This document shows positions 18,535 through 28,386 of a DNA stretch of 64,000 nucleotides, piece by piece. The DNA comes from Treponemataceae bacterium. Its GTDB lineage: Bacteria; Spirochaetota; Spirochaetia; Treponematales; Rectinemataceae. The stretch's first letter is position 1. Each line of letters begins with the position of its first letter. The translations under genes and the position numbers were made by a program. Location: assembly GCA_963678065.2 (NCBI GenBank), contig CAXXVZ010000003.1:416001-480000 (forward strand), in the 5' to 3' direction. The notes beneath the pieces were generated by a model. The model did no database searches and was not told the DNA's origin. It saw nothing but the letters and a program-made list of their open reading frames with translations.

Positions 18535-19574
18535 CCCATGGTGCGGTACTCCGCTCCCACTTCGGCGAGGACGGAATCGAGTATTTCTCCGACGCTTACT
18601 CCTTCCGCCTCGGCTTCGAATCCGGGGATCACGCGGTGGTTCGCGGTGTCAGAGAACAATCCGCTCACGTCTGAGAAGGAGACTGAGGCCCGCCCCGCCG
18701 TGACAGCGGTGGCTTTAGCCGCCTTCAGGAGGCCGACCGCACAGCGCGGCGAGGCGCCGTACTTCACGTATTTCCTGACTTTGCCTATCGTCGATTGCTC
18801 CGGGTGGGTCTGGACGACGAGTCGGACGAGGAAATTCCTCACCTCGGAGGGGATAAAGCATTCCCGCATCGCCCTCTGCCCGGCAGCGAGCGCCCGGAGC
18901 GAATCCTCCCGCCCGACCCCCGGGGCATGTTCCGTCTTTTCGCTCGCATCGAGAATGGCGTTCAGCGTGCGGAAGTCGGGGGAGGCAAAATGCAGCTTCA
19001 TGAGGAAGCGGTCCACCTGGGCTTCCGGAAGAGGGTAGGTTCCTTCGAGCTCTATGGGGTTCTGTGTCGCGATCACGAAAAAGGGGCGCGGAAGTTCATG
19101 TACCTCGCCCAGGAAAGTTATCCTTTTTTCTTCCATCGCCTCGAGGAAGGCGCTCTGCGTTTTCGGCGTCGCGCGGTTTATCTCGTCCGCGAGGACGACG
19201 TTCGAGAAAACGGGGCCGGGATAAAATCGGTAGGAACTTTCCCCCCTTTCCGAATACTGGAGGATGTTCGATCCGATCACGTCGAGCGGCATGAGATCGG
19301 GCGTAAATTGAATGCGTCTGAAACCGAGCCCGAAAAAGGCGGCCCATGTGCGGGCCAGAAGCGTCTTGCCGAGCCCGGGGGCCCCTTCCAGAAGGATGTT
19401 CCCCTCGCACAGAAAGGCGCAAAGGAGTCTGTCGATGATGCGGTCGCAGCCGATCACCCGGGAACCGACATGGCTGCGGTAGACAGCGGCGAAGCGCGCG
19501 ATCTCTTCGAGGTCCGCCGCGATGTCCGGTTGCGATCGCTGCTGGTCACCGCTGCCCGTTGTTTGTAAATCCAT
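18531..19574 (-). CDS. moxR: MoxR family AAA+ ATPase
   Basis: LLEGAPGLGKT, RIQFTPDLMPLD, LADEINRATPKTQSAFLEAMEE, ATQNPIELEGTYPLPEAQVDRF, GASPR; start ATG 19574 after GGAGG. Confidence 0.95.
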   Translation of the reverse strand: MDLQTTGSGDQQRSQPDIAADLEEIARFAAVYRSHVGSRVIGCDRIIDRLLCAFLCEGNILLEGAPGLGKTLLARTWAAFFGLGFRRIQFTPDLMPLDVIGSNILQYSERGESSYRFYPGPVFSNVVLADEINRATPKTQSAFLEAMEEKRITFLGEVHELPRPFFVIATQNPIELEGTYPLPEAQVDRFLMKLHFASPDFRTLNAILDASEKTEHAPGVGREDSLRALAAGQRAMRECFIPSEVRNFLVRLVVQTHPEQSTIGKVRKYVKYGASPRCAVGLLKAAKATAVTAGRASVSFSDVSGLFSDTANHRVIPGFEAEAEGVSVGEILDSVLAEVGAEYRTMG

Positions 19575-20286
19575 GAAAGATACCTCCGATATAGAGCTTC
19601 TGGAAGAGTGCACGGTAAGCGGCAAGCACCGCGAGCACCAGAACGAGGCCGGCGATGTTGACCGCGAGCGGAGAAGGGCCCGTCGAGACTATCAGGTTGG
19701 CAGAGTAGTGAAACAGGGATGAGGCAGCGAACCATGCCGTGGTTTTTATTGGCAGCCACGTGTCGGTCCGCCTTTCCCTGACAGGGGCTTTCCTGTTCGC
19801 GACAAGAATGAGGATGGGAAAAAGTCCTGCTGCAGAGAGGAAAGAAGAGATCATATGAACGGGAACGCTCCACCACAGCCGGGCGAAGATGCCGGATTCG
19901 GGAAAAACCAGCGCATAAGCCAGGTTTTCAGTGAGCGCGAAAGCGGTGCAGGCCACGAGGCCAAAACCCAGGCCTCGCACGGCGCCTTCCCTCCTCCAAA
20001 GACATCTTCGGATGCCCTCCGCGCTCCCGGGCTCCGGAGCGGGGGCGTCAGCCTGCCGCATGCACGACAGGGCGAGAATGAAGGCTAAAAGCGCCTTCAA
20101 GGACTCCTCGATGAGCGCCGAGACTGCGAGACCCCCACTAGAAATAGTGCCGGCAAAACGCGCGACCACGAAGATTCCGTATCCGCCCGCGAGTGCCGCA
20201 AGTCCCGGGATGAACTGCCTCTGTACCCAGAAGGGAAGGATGGAGGAGAAGGATACTTGGGGCAGCGGTTTCCGGGCGAATCTCAC
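19546..20286 (-). CDS. PrsW-family intramembrane glutamic protease
   Basis: Motifs IEESLK, FALTEN, PVH and LFHYSAN in a multi-TM protein; GTG 20286 overlaps upstream stop. Confidence 0.75.
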   Translation of the reverse strand: MRFARKPLPQVSFSSILPFWVQRQFIPGLAALAGGYGIFVVARFAGTISSGGLAVSALIEESLKALLAFILALSCMRQADAPAPEPGSAEGIRRCLWRREGAVRGLGFGLVACTAFALTENLAYALVFPESGIFARLWWSVPVHMISSFLSAAGLFPILILVANRKAPVRERRTDTWLPIKTTAWFAASSLFHYSANLIVSTGPSPLAVNIAGLVLVLAVLAAYRALFQKLYIGGIFHGFTNNGQR

Positions 20287-21446
20287 TGAAGTGACTCCTT
20301 TCCGTTCAGCCATCTGTTTTTGAGGAGAAGGGCGTAGGGATCCTCTTCCCTCTGGATTCCCGGCGGCACGCGGAAGGATTCGAATAACGTTCTCTCAAAC
20401 GAATCGATCTCGCCAGCGCGCAACCCGCCGATTGCGGCCGCTGTCCGGCCGGAATGGCGCGCGAAGACCTTCTCCATCCACGAGCGGTATTCGACGATAG
20501 GGCTGGGAATTCTCGTGTCGGGAGTTTTTTCCCATCCGCGGCCGCGCCTGACCTCGTCCGCCGTTCCGGGGGCTTGCGCCGTATTGTCCCGGGCACCTGG
20601 TTCTCTGTCTTTCCCGCCGGACGAGGGATTCTCGGCGGGCATTTGGGATTTTGCTTCATCGTCGCCCCCTTCATTCCCCTGCAAACGCTCTTCTCCCCGG
20701 CTGGGCAGGGTCAGTTCGGGCTTGCGTGGAGCCGCATCCCCGGCGCGACCATCTCTCTGTGCGTCCGCGCCGACCCTGTTCTGGATTTCATCGTCGGCCG
20801 AGAATCTGTCGGAGCGGGAACGATCCATTCCCGTGCGATCGTTCGGGAAGGCTCTCTCGGCGCTTGCCGGGTCGATAGGGGCGGCTCCAGGCGACGCTGG
20901 TTCAGCCTGCGTGTTCCGTCGGCCTCCTGCCACAGAGGTCAGAGGAATCCCCGCCTCGCCCCACAGAGGATGTCCGAGCCTGACGATGCCTGTCAGTTGC
21001 ACTGCAAGCACAATGAGGAGAGTAAGCGCGAATTCCCGACTCAGGAGCCGACGCACTCTGGATTGTCGCGCAGCGAAAATGTCGCGCCTTCCATTCCGGA
21101 GAGTCTCCGGATTCCCGGAGAAGGCGATGAACCGCTTTTTGACAATATCGCGGACAGACCCCGCGGGTGCTTCGAGAAGGGCTTCGAAGAGAGAATCCGG
21201 ATCGGCCAGCCGGAGGTCCTTCCTCGTCTCTTCCCATGCAAGTGGCCAGACAAGGACCGGTGCAAAGCACGAGCAGAGCATGATTCCAGCCAGGTTGATG
21301 AACTGCCTTTCGAGGTGGAAGAAAATATCGACGAAGCTGATCATCTGCCAGGCGCAGAGCGCTCCCATAGCGTATGCGGCGAGTCTGTTCGCGAGCCTGC
21401 GCGCCAGAGAAAGCCGGATAAGGTTGTACGGAATCAGGGATTTCAT
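20283..21446 (-). CDS. hypothetical membrane protein with long charged low-complexity C-terminal half
   Basis: 3 TM segments followed by a D/E/R/G/P-rich region; ATGA-coupled. Confidence 0.65.
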   Translation of the reverse strand: MKSLIPYNLIRLSLARRLANRLAAYAMGALCAWQMISFVDIFFHLERQFINLAGIMLCSCFAPVLVWPLAWEETRKDLRLADPDSLFEALLEAPAGSVRDIVKKRFIAFSGNPETLRNGRRDIFAARQSRVRRLLSREFALTLLIVLAVQLTGIVRLGHPLWGEAGIPLTSVAGGRRNTQAEPASPGAAPIDPASAERAFPNDRTGMDRSRSDRFSADDEIQNRVGADAQRDGRAGDAAPRKPELTLPSRGEERLQGNEGGDDEAKSQMPAENPSSGGKDREPGARDNTAQAPGTADEVRRGRGWEKTPDTRIPSPIVEYRSWMEKVFARHSGRTAAAIGGLRAGEIDSFERTLFESFRVPPGIQREEDPYALLLKNRWLNGKESLQ

Positions 21447-22066
21447 TGCGGCGACCTGCCTTCCGCGCGGCCGGATTTTCGACTGCCGGAACGCGGAATA
21501 CTCCCATCGCCACGGGAGGATCGGGAGCGGAAAGCCGACAGAAAAAGGAAGAGAACCAACAGAGATACAGACGCCAGAAAAGGATTCAGAAATCCGAGAA
21601 CAAGGCCAGCTCCCGAGGTGAAGACCGCGAAGACGAGGCGCCCCGCAAAGCCTTTCATCGCGAAGCGGGCGAGCTTCTTTGCAAAAAGGTCTCGGATCGA
21701 TTGGGCGACCGGCACGAGAAAAATGGCGAGCAAACAGGAAAAAAGGGTGAATGCCCTGTTATAGCCATCCGTGAGGGCGAGCATGACAGCGAAGGAAGGA
21801 AAGATAGACGCGCGCAACGCGAGTTCGGATCTGGGGTCCGGATCGTGTAAAGTGCCGATCCCGGACGCGTGGGCCGGGGCCTGTGCTGCCAAGACTCCGA
21901 GAATGAGGATTCCGATTTCGGAATATGTAAAGAAAATCGCGAAGACGAGCCCGAAGGGAAGGGCGATGTCGGGGACACTCAGGCCTGCGAGGACGCAGCT
22001 GAATGCAGGAAGAGCCGCATACAGGATGACAGGGCTGACCCTTTGCAGTGCGCTTTGGGCTTTCAT
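21443..22066 (-). CDS. hypothetical integral membrane protein
   Basis: Several hydrophobic segments; ATG 22066 overlaps upstream TGA. Confidence 0.65.
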   Translation of the reverse strand: MKAQSALQRVSPVILYAALPAFSCVLAGLSVPDIALPFGLVFAIFFTYSEIGILILGVLAAQAPAHASGIGTLHDPDPRSELALRASIFPSFAVMLALTDGYNRAFTLFSCLLAIFLVPVAQSIRDLFAKKLARFAMKGFAGRLVFAVFTSGAGLVLGFLNPFLASVSLLVLFLFLSAFRSRSSRGDGSIPRSGSRKSGRAEGRSPQ

Positions 22067-23136
22067 CTGAGTATCCATCCCGAAATGAAGCCTTTCGGGC
22101 TCAGGTAGAACCTCCCGTCGATACATCGGAGTTCCGGAGTCGCGGAAAGACGAAGGCGGAGGGTCGACCTCCCGGAATTCGACGTGTCAGGCGCATAAAG
22201 CGCCTCCACGGGGATGAGGCGCTCGCCCGGTCCCCAGAGGCCGACAGCGCTCAGGCGGGCATGTTCGGAAGCTCCTGAATGGGCTGTCCCGTCCTGTGAG
22301 TAGATCACGACCGCGCTCTCCCCGGAAGGAGGGATGCTGGCCCGATAGATGCCCGAAACGCTCATATCCGGATCGAAATCTCCGAGTGGCAGGAGGAACA
22401 GAGTGCCCTCGTGTGGCAGCATAGTGGCGAGGAGGAGACCCAAGAAAAGTACGATGCCAGGAACGATGGCGGATCCGCGATGACGGTACAAGAAAAAACC
22501 GAAAAGGCCCGAAAAAAATCCGACGAAAACGAGGGCCGCAAGCAGAAGGGGATCAGGCCCTGCGCGACATGTCGCCGCAAAAATCCCCGATACTTCCGCG
22601 AGCCCGGTCCGGTCGAAAACGAGCGATTCATGGAAGCCTCCGCCTCCCGGCTTGTCAAAATTCTCCGGAGGAATGAGGGTCGACACAGAGCCCCGCGGGA
22701 ACGCTATCCGGGGTGCTGGCGCCTTCAGACGAATGGCCGGGGCGGTAAGAGTCCCGATCGCGTCGCGTTCGCCCGCCCGAGATGCGAGTCCATATCCGGC
22801 GAGTGCGATCTCGGTCCTTCCTGCCTCCCCGCGCGGGCCATACTCCACGACGATATCCTTCATGCCTGTGTCCAGATAGAAGGCGACATCGACGCTCTTT
22901 CCCGCGGCGGTCCGCATCTCGGAGTAAAGGACGCGAAGGCTGCCATCCCAGCCTCGAGCGAACAGGCGGAATTCTCCGGCCGGAATCAGTCCAGTGTCAT
23001 CGCGGATCTGTGTCCGGTTGATGTAGAAGAGGTTCAGACTGTCGGCTTCGAGGTAGGGGCTGGCTGAAAGTGGGACCGTGCCCAGAAAGAAGGCGATCAG
23101 GAGAGCCGCCAGGCGCACGGGGAGAAAGCGTCTCAT
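22063..23136 (-). CDS. hypothetical exported/membrane protein
   Basis: Signal peptide MRRFLPVRLAALLIAFFLGTVPLSA, two internal TMs; ATG 23136 overlaps upstream TGA. Confidence 0.65.
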   Translation of the reverse strand: MRRFLPVRLAALLIAFFLGTVPLSASPYLEADSLNLFYINRTQIRDDTGLIPAGEFRLFARGWDGSLRVLYSEMRTAAGKSVDVAFYLDTGMKDIVVEYGPRGEAGRTEIALAGYGLASRAGERDAIGTLTAPAIRLKAPAPRIAFPRGSVSTLIPPENFDKPGGGGFHESLVFDRTGLAEVSGIFAATCRAGPDPLLLAALVFVGFFSGLFGFFLYRHRGSAIVPGIVLFLGLLLATMLPHEGTLFLLPLGDFDPDMSVSGIYRASIPPSGESAVVIYSQDGTAHSGASEHARLSAVGLWGPGERLIPVEALYAPDTSNSGRSTLRLRLSATPELRCIDGRFYLSPKGFISGWILR

Positions 23137-25400
23137 GGGCGCCTCCGTCCGACAGGATTTGCGGCAAACTTCCGTAGGACGAGACTCGAAGCGAGACTCG
23201 CGGCGAAGAAGAACAGCAACCAGAGTTCGGGACGGGGGAGGAGGGCAAAGAAAGGTGTCCGGAAGCTGCGCAGGGCCTTTGCGTCCACTGTCCTCTGCCC
23301 TGAAAAGCCGTGGTTCGCCATCATGGAGAAACCTGAGACAACGGTCCCCCTGTCGACGATCCGCGCATGCCACTCGCCCGACTCCGGAAGGGCAGCCGCC
23401 GCCGCCCAGAGCCCCGAAGGGGAGCGACGAAACTTCGCCTCAATCTCCGGGGACCCGTTTTTTGAGAATACGATCCGGGGCTGGATCATCCGGTCTCCAC
23501 GGATGATGACCTCCGTCAGGCCATACATCTCCGCCACACTGAGTTCGAGGGGGGAGGTTGTGAAGAGAGAGTCGAGCCTCGATTTGAAGCCTGAGAGTGC
23601 CCGCGGAACAGAGAAGAAATCCTTTGTCATGGAACCGTGGATATCGCTCGCGAAAAACAGGCTTGCCCTGTTGCCGTATTCGCGGGAGGCGAAGAAGGGG
23701 TCCCCCGACTCGTTCGCGAAGACCACGAGAGCGCCGGGTCGCGCCGTGTACTGTGTCATGCCGCTGACTTCTCCCGATTTCGAACCGTCCAGCGCGATTA
23801 TGGGAATCCTGCCGCGCGCAAACGGAGGCCGCGCGACGCTTGTCCTGTCCTCGAACATGAGCGCTGGGATGCTGTCGGCCGATTCCACGGAGTAATATCG
23901 CCCCTTCGCGCGCGAAGCTATCGATGAAAGGAGGTTGCGGTTCGCGTCCTTGCCGATGCCCATGGCGGATATGGTGATGCCGCGGGACGCCGCGTCCGCG
24001 GCTATGGCGACGAAGTCGTCGGGTTTGCTGACACCGTCCGAGATGATGACAATGTGCTTTTCAGGGTAACTCTCGCGGGAAAGCGCCTCGATGCCTTCCC
24101 GGAGAACGGGCCCGAGCTCGGTGCCGCCCCGCGCCGTGATGGGCTCGAGGGGCAGCGCGGGTTTGAGCCCGGAGTTTCGCTCGAAGCGGTAGATCCATTC
24201 ATGGCTGTCCGAAAACAGCATCAGGCCGACAAGGTCTTCGGGTTTCAAATTTCTGAACAACTCGAGCCCGGTGACTTTGGCGAGGGAGAGTTTGTCCCCG
24301 AACATAGAGCCGGAAATATCGAGAAGGACGAGGATGGCCATGTCAGGCAGGTTTTTGAGTGAGCGTGGCAGAAGCGTGACGGGCAGGATCTCTTCGAGGG
24401 AAGGGTTTGCCCCTTCGATCCCGAAGTCAGGCGAGTCGGCGACGAAGAGCAGTGAGCCGCTCCGGTTGCGGATTGCCGCAAGAAGTCCCGATTCCATCTT
24501 TCCCCGTATTGCGGAAAGGGGTATTCCATCGAGAACGATGAGCTCGAAGGCGGACAGGTCGACGCCGCCGGCCGAGGCGGGGCTGAGCCTTTTCACCGTG
24601 TACAGTGAATCCAGAACCGTAGGCGAGGTGTTGTCGGAAACCAGGAGGAGTTCCGGTTTCCGCTCGATCTCAGACTCGAAGGAGAGTTCCTGTTTCAGGA
24701 TACGCCCGCCCGGCATAACTGCGCTGACGATGATCCCGACTGCCCGCTTCCTGTCCATCGTGATCGACAGGACTCTGTCGGGTGGCAGATCGGCTCCTGG
24801 GGCAGAAAAGACATACTTGTCGGTTCCGGAGAAGAGGACGGAGAGATGTTCAGCATGTGCAGCCTCGGGAGAGAGGAGCAGTTCCGCCCCGATCGTTCCG
24901 GAGAAGGAATCCAGCTTTCGTGTCGCCGCCTGGACTGGTGAAGAATCGTCCTCGCCGATGATTTTAAGCTCGACCCTGCGGACGCCGGCGGCTTCGCGGA
25001 TCGCTTCAAGCTCTTCCGCAGATGGCTTGCGGCTTGAAATGATTCTGAAACCGCAGGCCCGCCCGGGAGTCTCCGCCATATCCGCTATGACGGGCCCGAA
25101 TACGGGCGAGTCGGGCAGCAAGCTCATGTGCGCTCCGACTGTGTCCGTGAAGGCCTTTCTGTCGCGAGGAAGGGCGACGAGCTGATCTGGAAGGACAAGA
25201 AAGGTGTCGCGTCTTCCCGCCTCCGAGAAGAGAGCCCCCCGATTATTGTCTGCGGCCTGTCTGCCGAATGCCAGATAGCTCCGGTGCGGGACAAGAACAT
25301 AGGGGAGCGGCAGGGGCAGCGAGGCGATCCAGAGGGTCAGAAAAGCGAAGGGGAGAAACAGGATAGCGCGGCGCAGCCATCGCTGCCGATTCTGGCTCAT
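23133..25400 (-). CDS. membrane-anchored vWA domain protein with a glutamine-amidotransferase-like segment
   Basis: MIDAS LLDISGSM...GGTEL...IISDG; FELIVLDG...LEEILPV segment; N- and C-terminal TMs. Confidence 0.85.
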   Translation of the reverse strand: MSQNRQRWLRRAILFLPFAFLTLWIASLPLPLPYVLVPHRSYLAFGRQAADNNRGALFSEAGRRDTFLVLPDQLVALPRDRKAFTDTVGAHMSLLPDSPVFGPVIADMAETPGRACGFRIISSRKPSAEELEAIREAAGVRRVELKIIGEDDSSPVQAATRKLDSFSGTIGAELLLSPEAAHAEHLSVLFSGTDKYVFSAPGADLPPDRVLSITMDRKRAVGIIVSAVMPGGRILKQELSFESEIERKPELLLVSDNTSPTVLDSLYTVKRLSPASAGGVDLSAFELIVLDGIPLSAIRGKMESGLLAAIRNRSGSLLFVADSPDFGIEGANPSLEEILPVTLLPRSLKNLPDMAILVLLDISGSMFGDKLSLAKVTGLELFRNLKPEDLVGLMLFSDSHEWIYRFERNSGLKPALPLEPITARGGTELGPVLREGIEALSRESYPEKHIVIISDGVSKPDDFVAIAADAASRGITISAMGIGKDANRNLLSSIASRAKGRYYSVESADSIPALMFEDRTSVARPPFARGRIPIIALDGSKSGEVSGMTQYTARPGALVVFANESGDPFFASREYGNRASLFFASDIHGSMTKDFFSVPRALSGFKSRLDSLFTTSPLELSVAEMYGLTEVIIRGDRMIQPRIVFSKNGSPEIEAKFRRSPSGLWAAAAALPESGEWHARIVDRGTVVSGFSMMANHGFSGQRTVDAKALRSFRTPFFALLPRPELWLLFFFAASLASSLVLRKFAANPVGRRRP

Positions 25401-25407
25401 CGGGAAA

Positions 25408-25436
25408 ATTGTAGCCCCACGCGGGAGTGAAAACAA
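25408..25436 (-). promoter_or_regulatory. sigma70-like promoter, leaderless geometry, for the vWA/MoxR operon
   Basis: TTGTTT-N17-TACAAT-N7-ATG(25400). Confidence 0.6.
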
Positions 25437-25464
25437 CCGGCCGGAAGGCCGCGGCTATGGCCTT

Positions 25465-26328
25465 TCAGGACCCGCTGCGCCCGCGCTTGCCGCCTCTTGC
25501 TCCTGGCTTCCCCGACCCCCTGTGGTCCGGAACTGCCCGCGGTATGTATATGGAGCCTGGCTCGCGTCTGCCACGTGCCCCCTGTCCTCTCGACCCTCCT
25601 CGTTCCGAAGGCGGATTCGGCCTCTGCCCAGTCTGGCCTCTCGCCGCCGGAATCCCGGAGAGCGCTCTGTGGAAGCTTTCCGGGGCCGGGCTTTCGAGAC
25701 GCAGAACTTCTGCCGTGAAGGGATGCGTGAGGACAAGCAGGTGGGCGTGGAGGGCGAGTCGTCCCAGAGGATCGGTTCCGTCGCCATAGCGCGGATCGCC
25801 TGTCACCGGGTGCCCGACGGCTGCCAGCTGGACTCTGATCTGATGCTTGCGCCCGGTCTCCAGCCGCAGGTCGAGAAGACAGAGGCCACTGCCCGACTGG
25901 ATCACGCGCCAGCGCGTGATCGCCCGGAGTGAGCCGCGGAGGCCCGGTCGCGTCTCGTGAACCTGTCCGCCAGGGCTTTCGGCAAGCCAGGAGTCGAGGA
26001 CCCCCGACTCCCCGCCGGGAATTCCCGACACGAGCGCGGTGTAGCCCCGTTCTCTGACAAGTTCGTTCCAGTTGTCCATCAGCATTTTCTTGGCCCGGGC
26101 GTTTTTGGCGAAAACCATGACTCCCGAGGTGTCTCTGTCCAGCCGGTGGACAATGGCGGCTCGGCCCTTCGGATTCCTTCTCTGGATGTGCGCCGTGACT
26201 ATGTCGTAGAGATTTCTGCTCCGCGAGCCCTCGGGCGCCATCGTGGCCAGCCCTTCCGGCTTGTCCACCGCGACGATATCCGCGTCTTCGTAGAGAAAGA
26301 CGATCCTGTCCGCGCTACCCGGTCTCAT
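25465..26328 (-). CDS. RluA-family pseudouridine synthase with RG-rich tail
   Basis: LYED..VDKPEG, VHRLDRDTSG, LETGRKHQIRVQLA..GHPV.GDPRYG, LALHA. Confidence 0.93.
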   Translation of the reverse strand: MRPGSADRIVFLYEDADIVAVDKPEGLATMAPEGSRSRNLYDIVTAHIQRRNPKGRAAIVHRLDRDTSGVMVFAKNARAKKMLMDNWNELVRERGYTALVSGIPGGESGVLDSWLAESPGGQVHETRPGLRGSLRAITRWRVIQSGSGLCLLDLRLETGRKHQIRVQLAAVGHPVTGDPRYGDGTDPLGRLALHAHLLVLTHPFTAEVLRLESPAPESFHRALSGIPAARGQTGQRPNPPSERGGSRGQGARGRREPGSIYIPRAVPDHRGSGKPGARGGKRGRSGS

Positions 26329-26341
26329 TGCGGCTCTCCGT

Positions 26342-27340
26342 TCATTCGGGATCGAAAGGTGTGCCGAGTGAGGCCGGCGGCTTCGCGTTCAGCGCGGTGA
26401 GAATCCGCGCGATTTCCCGACGGACCGATTCCGGCAATCGCGCGAGACTCCGCTCGACCCACTCGGCCTTTCCGATATTGACGACGAGAAGGGTGAGTAT
26501 CATGAGAGGGAAGGGAGCGACCTGGAGGACTTGCGCGGGAATCGAGGGCAGGCTCGGCTGGAGGACGAGACCCAGCCACTGAAGTACGGCAAAAAGATAT
26601 GCTCCGGCCGCGGCGCGCAGAGGATTCCATCCGCCGAAAATCGTGATGGCGAGCGCTATCCAGCCGATGCCGTCGAGTCCGGAGATCGTTCCCTTCCAGC
26701 CCGCCTTGACAGAGAGCGAATAGATGGGGCCCGCGAGGCCCGCGATGGCCCCTCCAACGACGGTGTACAAGTACCTGAGGCGGTTCACCTTCGCGCCCCG
26801 CACATAGGCGGCGGCCGGCGCCTCGCCGATCCCCCGCAGCACGAGTCCCTGCCGCGTCCTGAAGACGAAGAACCAGGCGAGCGCGATGAGGATGAAACTC
26901 GCGTACGTCATGATGTCCTGCCTGAAGAGGAGCGGGCCGAGGAGGGGAATCCGCGAAAGGAGCGGGAGCGGAAGAGTGTTGAGACGGGGGGCGGGAAGGC
27001 CCATGACGGGATTTCCGAGGAAGTAGGCGAGATCGCGGCAGAGGAGCGCGAGGACGAATCCGACGGCCACCTGGGACTGTTTGAGACTGATCCCCGCGAA
27101 GGCGACGACGAGTGCGACGGCGGCGCCTATCGCGGCGCCCGCGGCGAACCCGACGACAAGGCTCCCCGTCGCTATCGTCGCCGCGAAACTCCCCATCGCC
27201 GAGAGGAGGATGGTTCCGTTCATGGAAAGGTTGAGGACGCCCGCCCGCTCGCTGATGGTTTCTCCCATGACGGCGAAAATTACCGGGGCCGCCGCCGCGA
27301 GCACCGCGGCGAGGCTGGTGAGAAGGGCTTCTCCTGTCAT
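26342..27340 (-). CDS. nucleoside/simple-sugar ABC transporter permease
   Basis: GETISERAGVLNL, GLVLRGIGEAP, GWIALAITIFGGWNP; start ATG 27340. Confidence 0.9.
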   Translation of the reverse strand: MTGEALLTSLAAVLAAAAPVIFAVMGETISERAGVLNLSMNGTILLSAMGSFAATIATGSLVVGFAAGAAIGAAVALVVAFAGISLKQSQVAVGFVLALLCRDLAYFLGNPVMGLPAPRLNTLPLPLLSRIPLLGPLLFRQDIMTYASFILIALAWFFVFRTRQGLVLRGIGEAPAAAYVRGAKVNRLRYLYTVVGGAIAGLAGPIYSLSVKAGWKGTISGLDGIGWIALAITIFGGWNPLRAAAGAYLFAVLQWLGLVLQPSLPSIPAQVLQVAPFPLMILTLLVVNIGKAEWVERSLARLPESVRREIARILTALNAKPPASLGTPFDPE

Positions 27341-28386
27341 GATTCCGCCTTTGCGCGCGCAAGAAGCTTGCGCTTGAGGCCCTGGGCGAGGAGCACAGAG
27401 AGTACGAGTGTCCCCTGAATGACTCCTGCGAGGGATGAATCCAGCCTGAGCACAATGGGCAGCCGTATCGATCCGACGTTGAGGGCCGCAAAAAAGAGGG
27501 CGACGGGCACGACGGGGCCGGCATTGTAGTTCACGAGCATCGCGACCATGAGGCCGAGGTATCCGTAGCCGCTCGAGATGGATGGAATGAGCCGGTGGTA
27601 GACGGCCGTCACCTGGACGGCCCCGGCTGTTCCCGCGAGAAAGCCGCAGATCGCGAAGGAGGCCATCATATGCTGCCAGGTGGGGATGCCAAGGATGTAG
27701 GAGGATCTCGGGTTTTTCCCGACCGCTTTGAGACGGAGGCCGAAATGGGTTCCTCTGAGGAGAACGAAAACTGCGGCGATTGCGGCCGCGGCGAGGACTG
27801 TCGGAACGATAGAGAACCTCGACTGGGCAGCGATTGTCGGCATCCACATCGCCTCGGGGAAGGGAAGAGTGCCCGACATCGATGCGACGCCCGGCCGCTT
27901 CCAGGGACCGAAGATGAGCCAGAGATTGAGGGCCGTCGCGACAAAGTTGAGTCCGAGCCCTCCGAAAATCTCGTTGACGCCTCCGAAAGTCTTCAGGGCT
28001 CCCGCGAGCAGCGCCCACAGGGCCCCGCCAGCCATGCCTGCGAGGATTGCGATGGCGAGGACGAGGGTGGGAGAGAGTCCTGACTCGAAGGTCGAGCGCA
28101 TTGCCCAGGTCGCGAAAATCCCTCCGAGCGTGATCTGTCCCTCGATGCCTATGTTCCAGAGCCCCACGGTGAAGGTGACGAGGAGGCCCGAGGCCACGAG
28201 GATGAGGGGCACCCAGGACACGATGACGTCGTCCCAGACATCGGGTGACACGGAACCTAGGATGATGTTTCCGAAGGCCGCGATGGGCGATGTGCCCGTC
28301 AGGATGAGGATAATGGAGGTGAAGGCGAGGGCGGCGAGGACGGCTCCCGCGCCGAAGGCGAGATCGCGCAGGCTCTGTCTAGGCAC
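27337..28386 (-). CDS. nucleoside/simple-sugar ABC transporter permease
   Basis: GLWNIGIEGQ, NEIFGGLGLN, GLRLKAVGKNP, GYGYLG; start GTG 28386 after AGGAG. Confidence 0.9.
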   Translation of the reverse strand: MPRQSLRDLAFGAGAVLAALAFTSIILILTGTSPIAAFGNIILGSVSPDVWDDVIVSWVPLILVASGLLVTFTVGLWNIGIEGQITLGGIFATWAMRSTFESGLSPTLVLAIAILAGMAGGALWALLAGALKTFGGVNEIFGGLGLNFVATALNLWLIFGPWKRPGVASMSGTLPFPEAMWMPTIAAQSRFSIVPTVLAAAAIAAVFVLLRGTHFGLRLKAVGKNPRSSYILGIPTWQHMMASFAICGFLAGTAGAVQVTAVYHRLIPSISSGYGYLGLMVAMLVNYNAGPVVPVALFFAALNVGSIRLPIVLRLDSSLAGVIQGTLVLSVLLAQGLKRKLLARAKAES

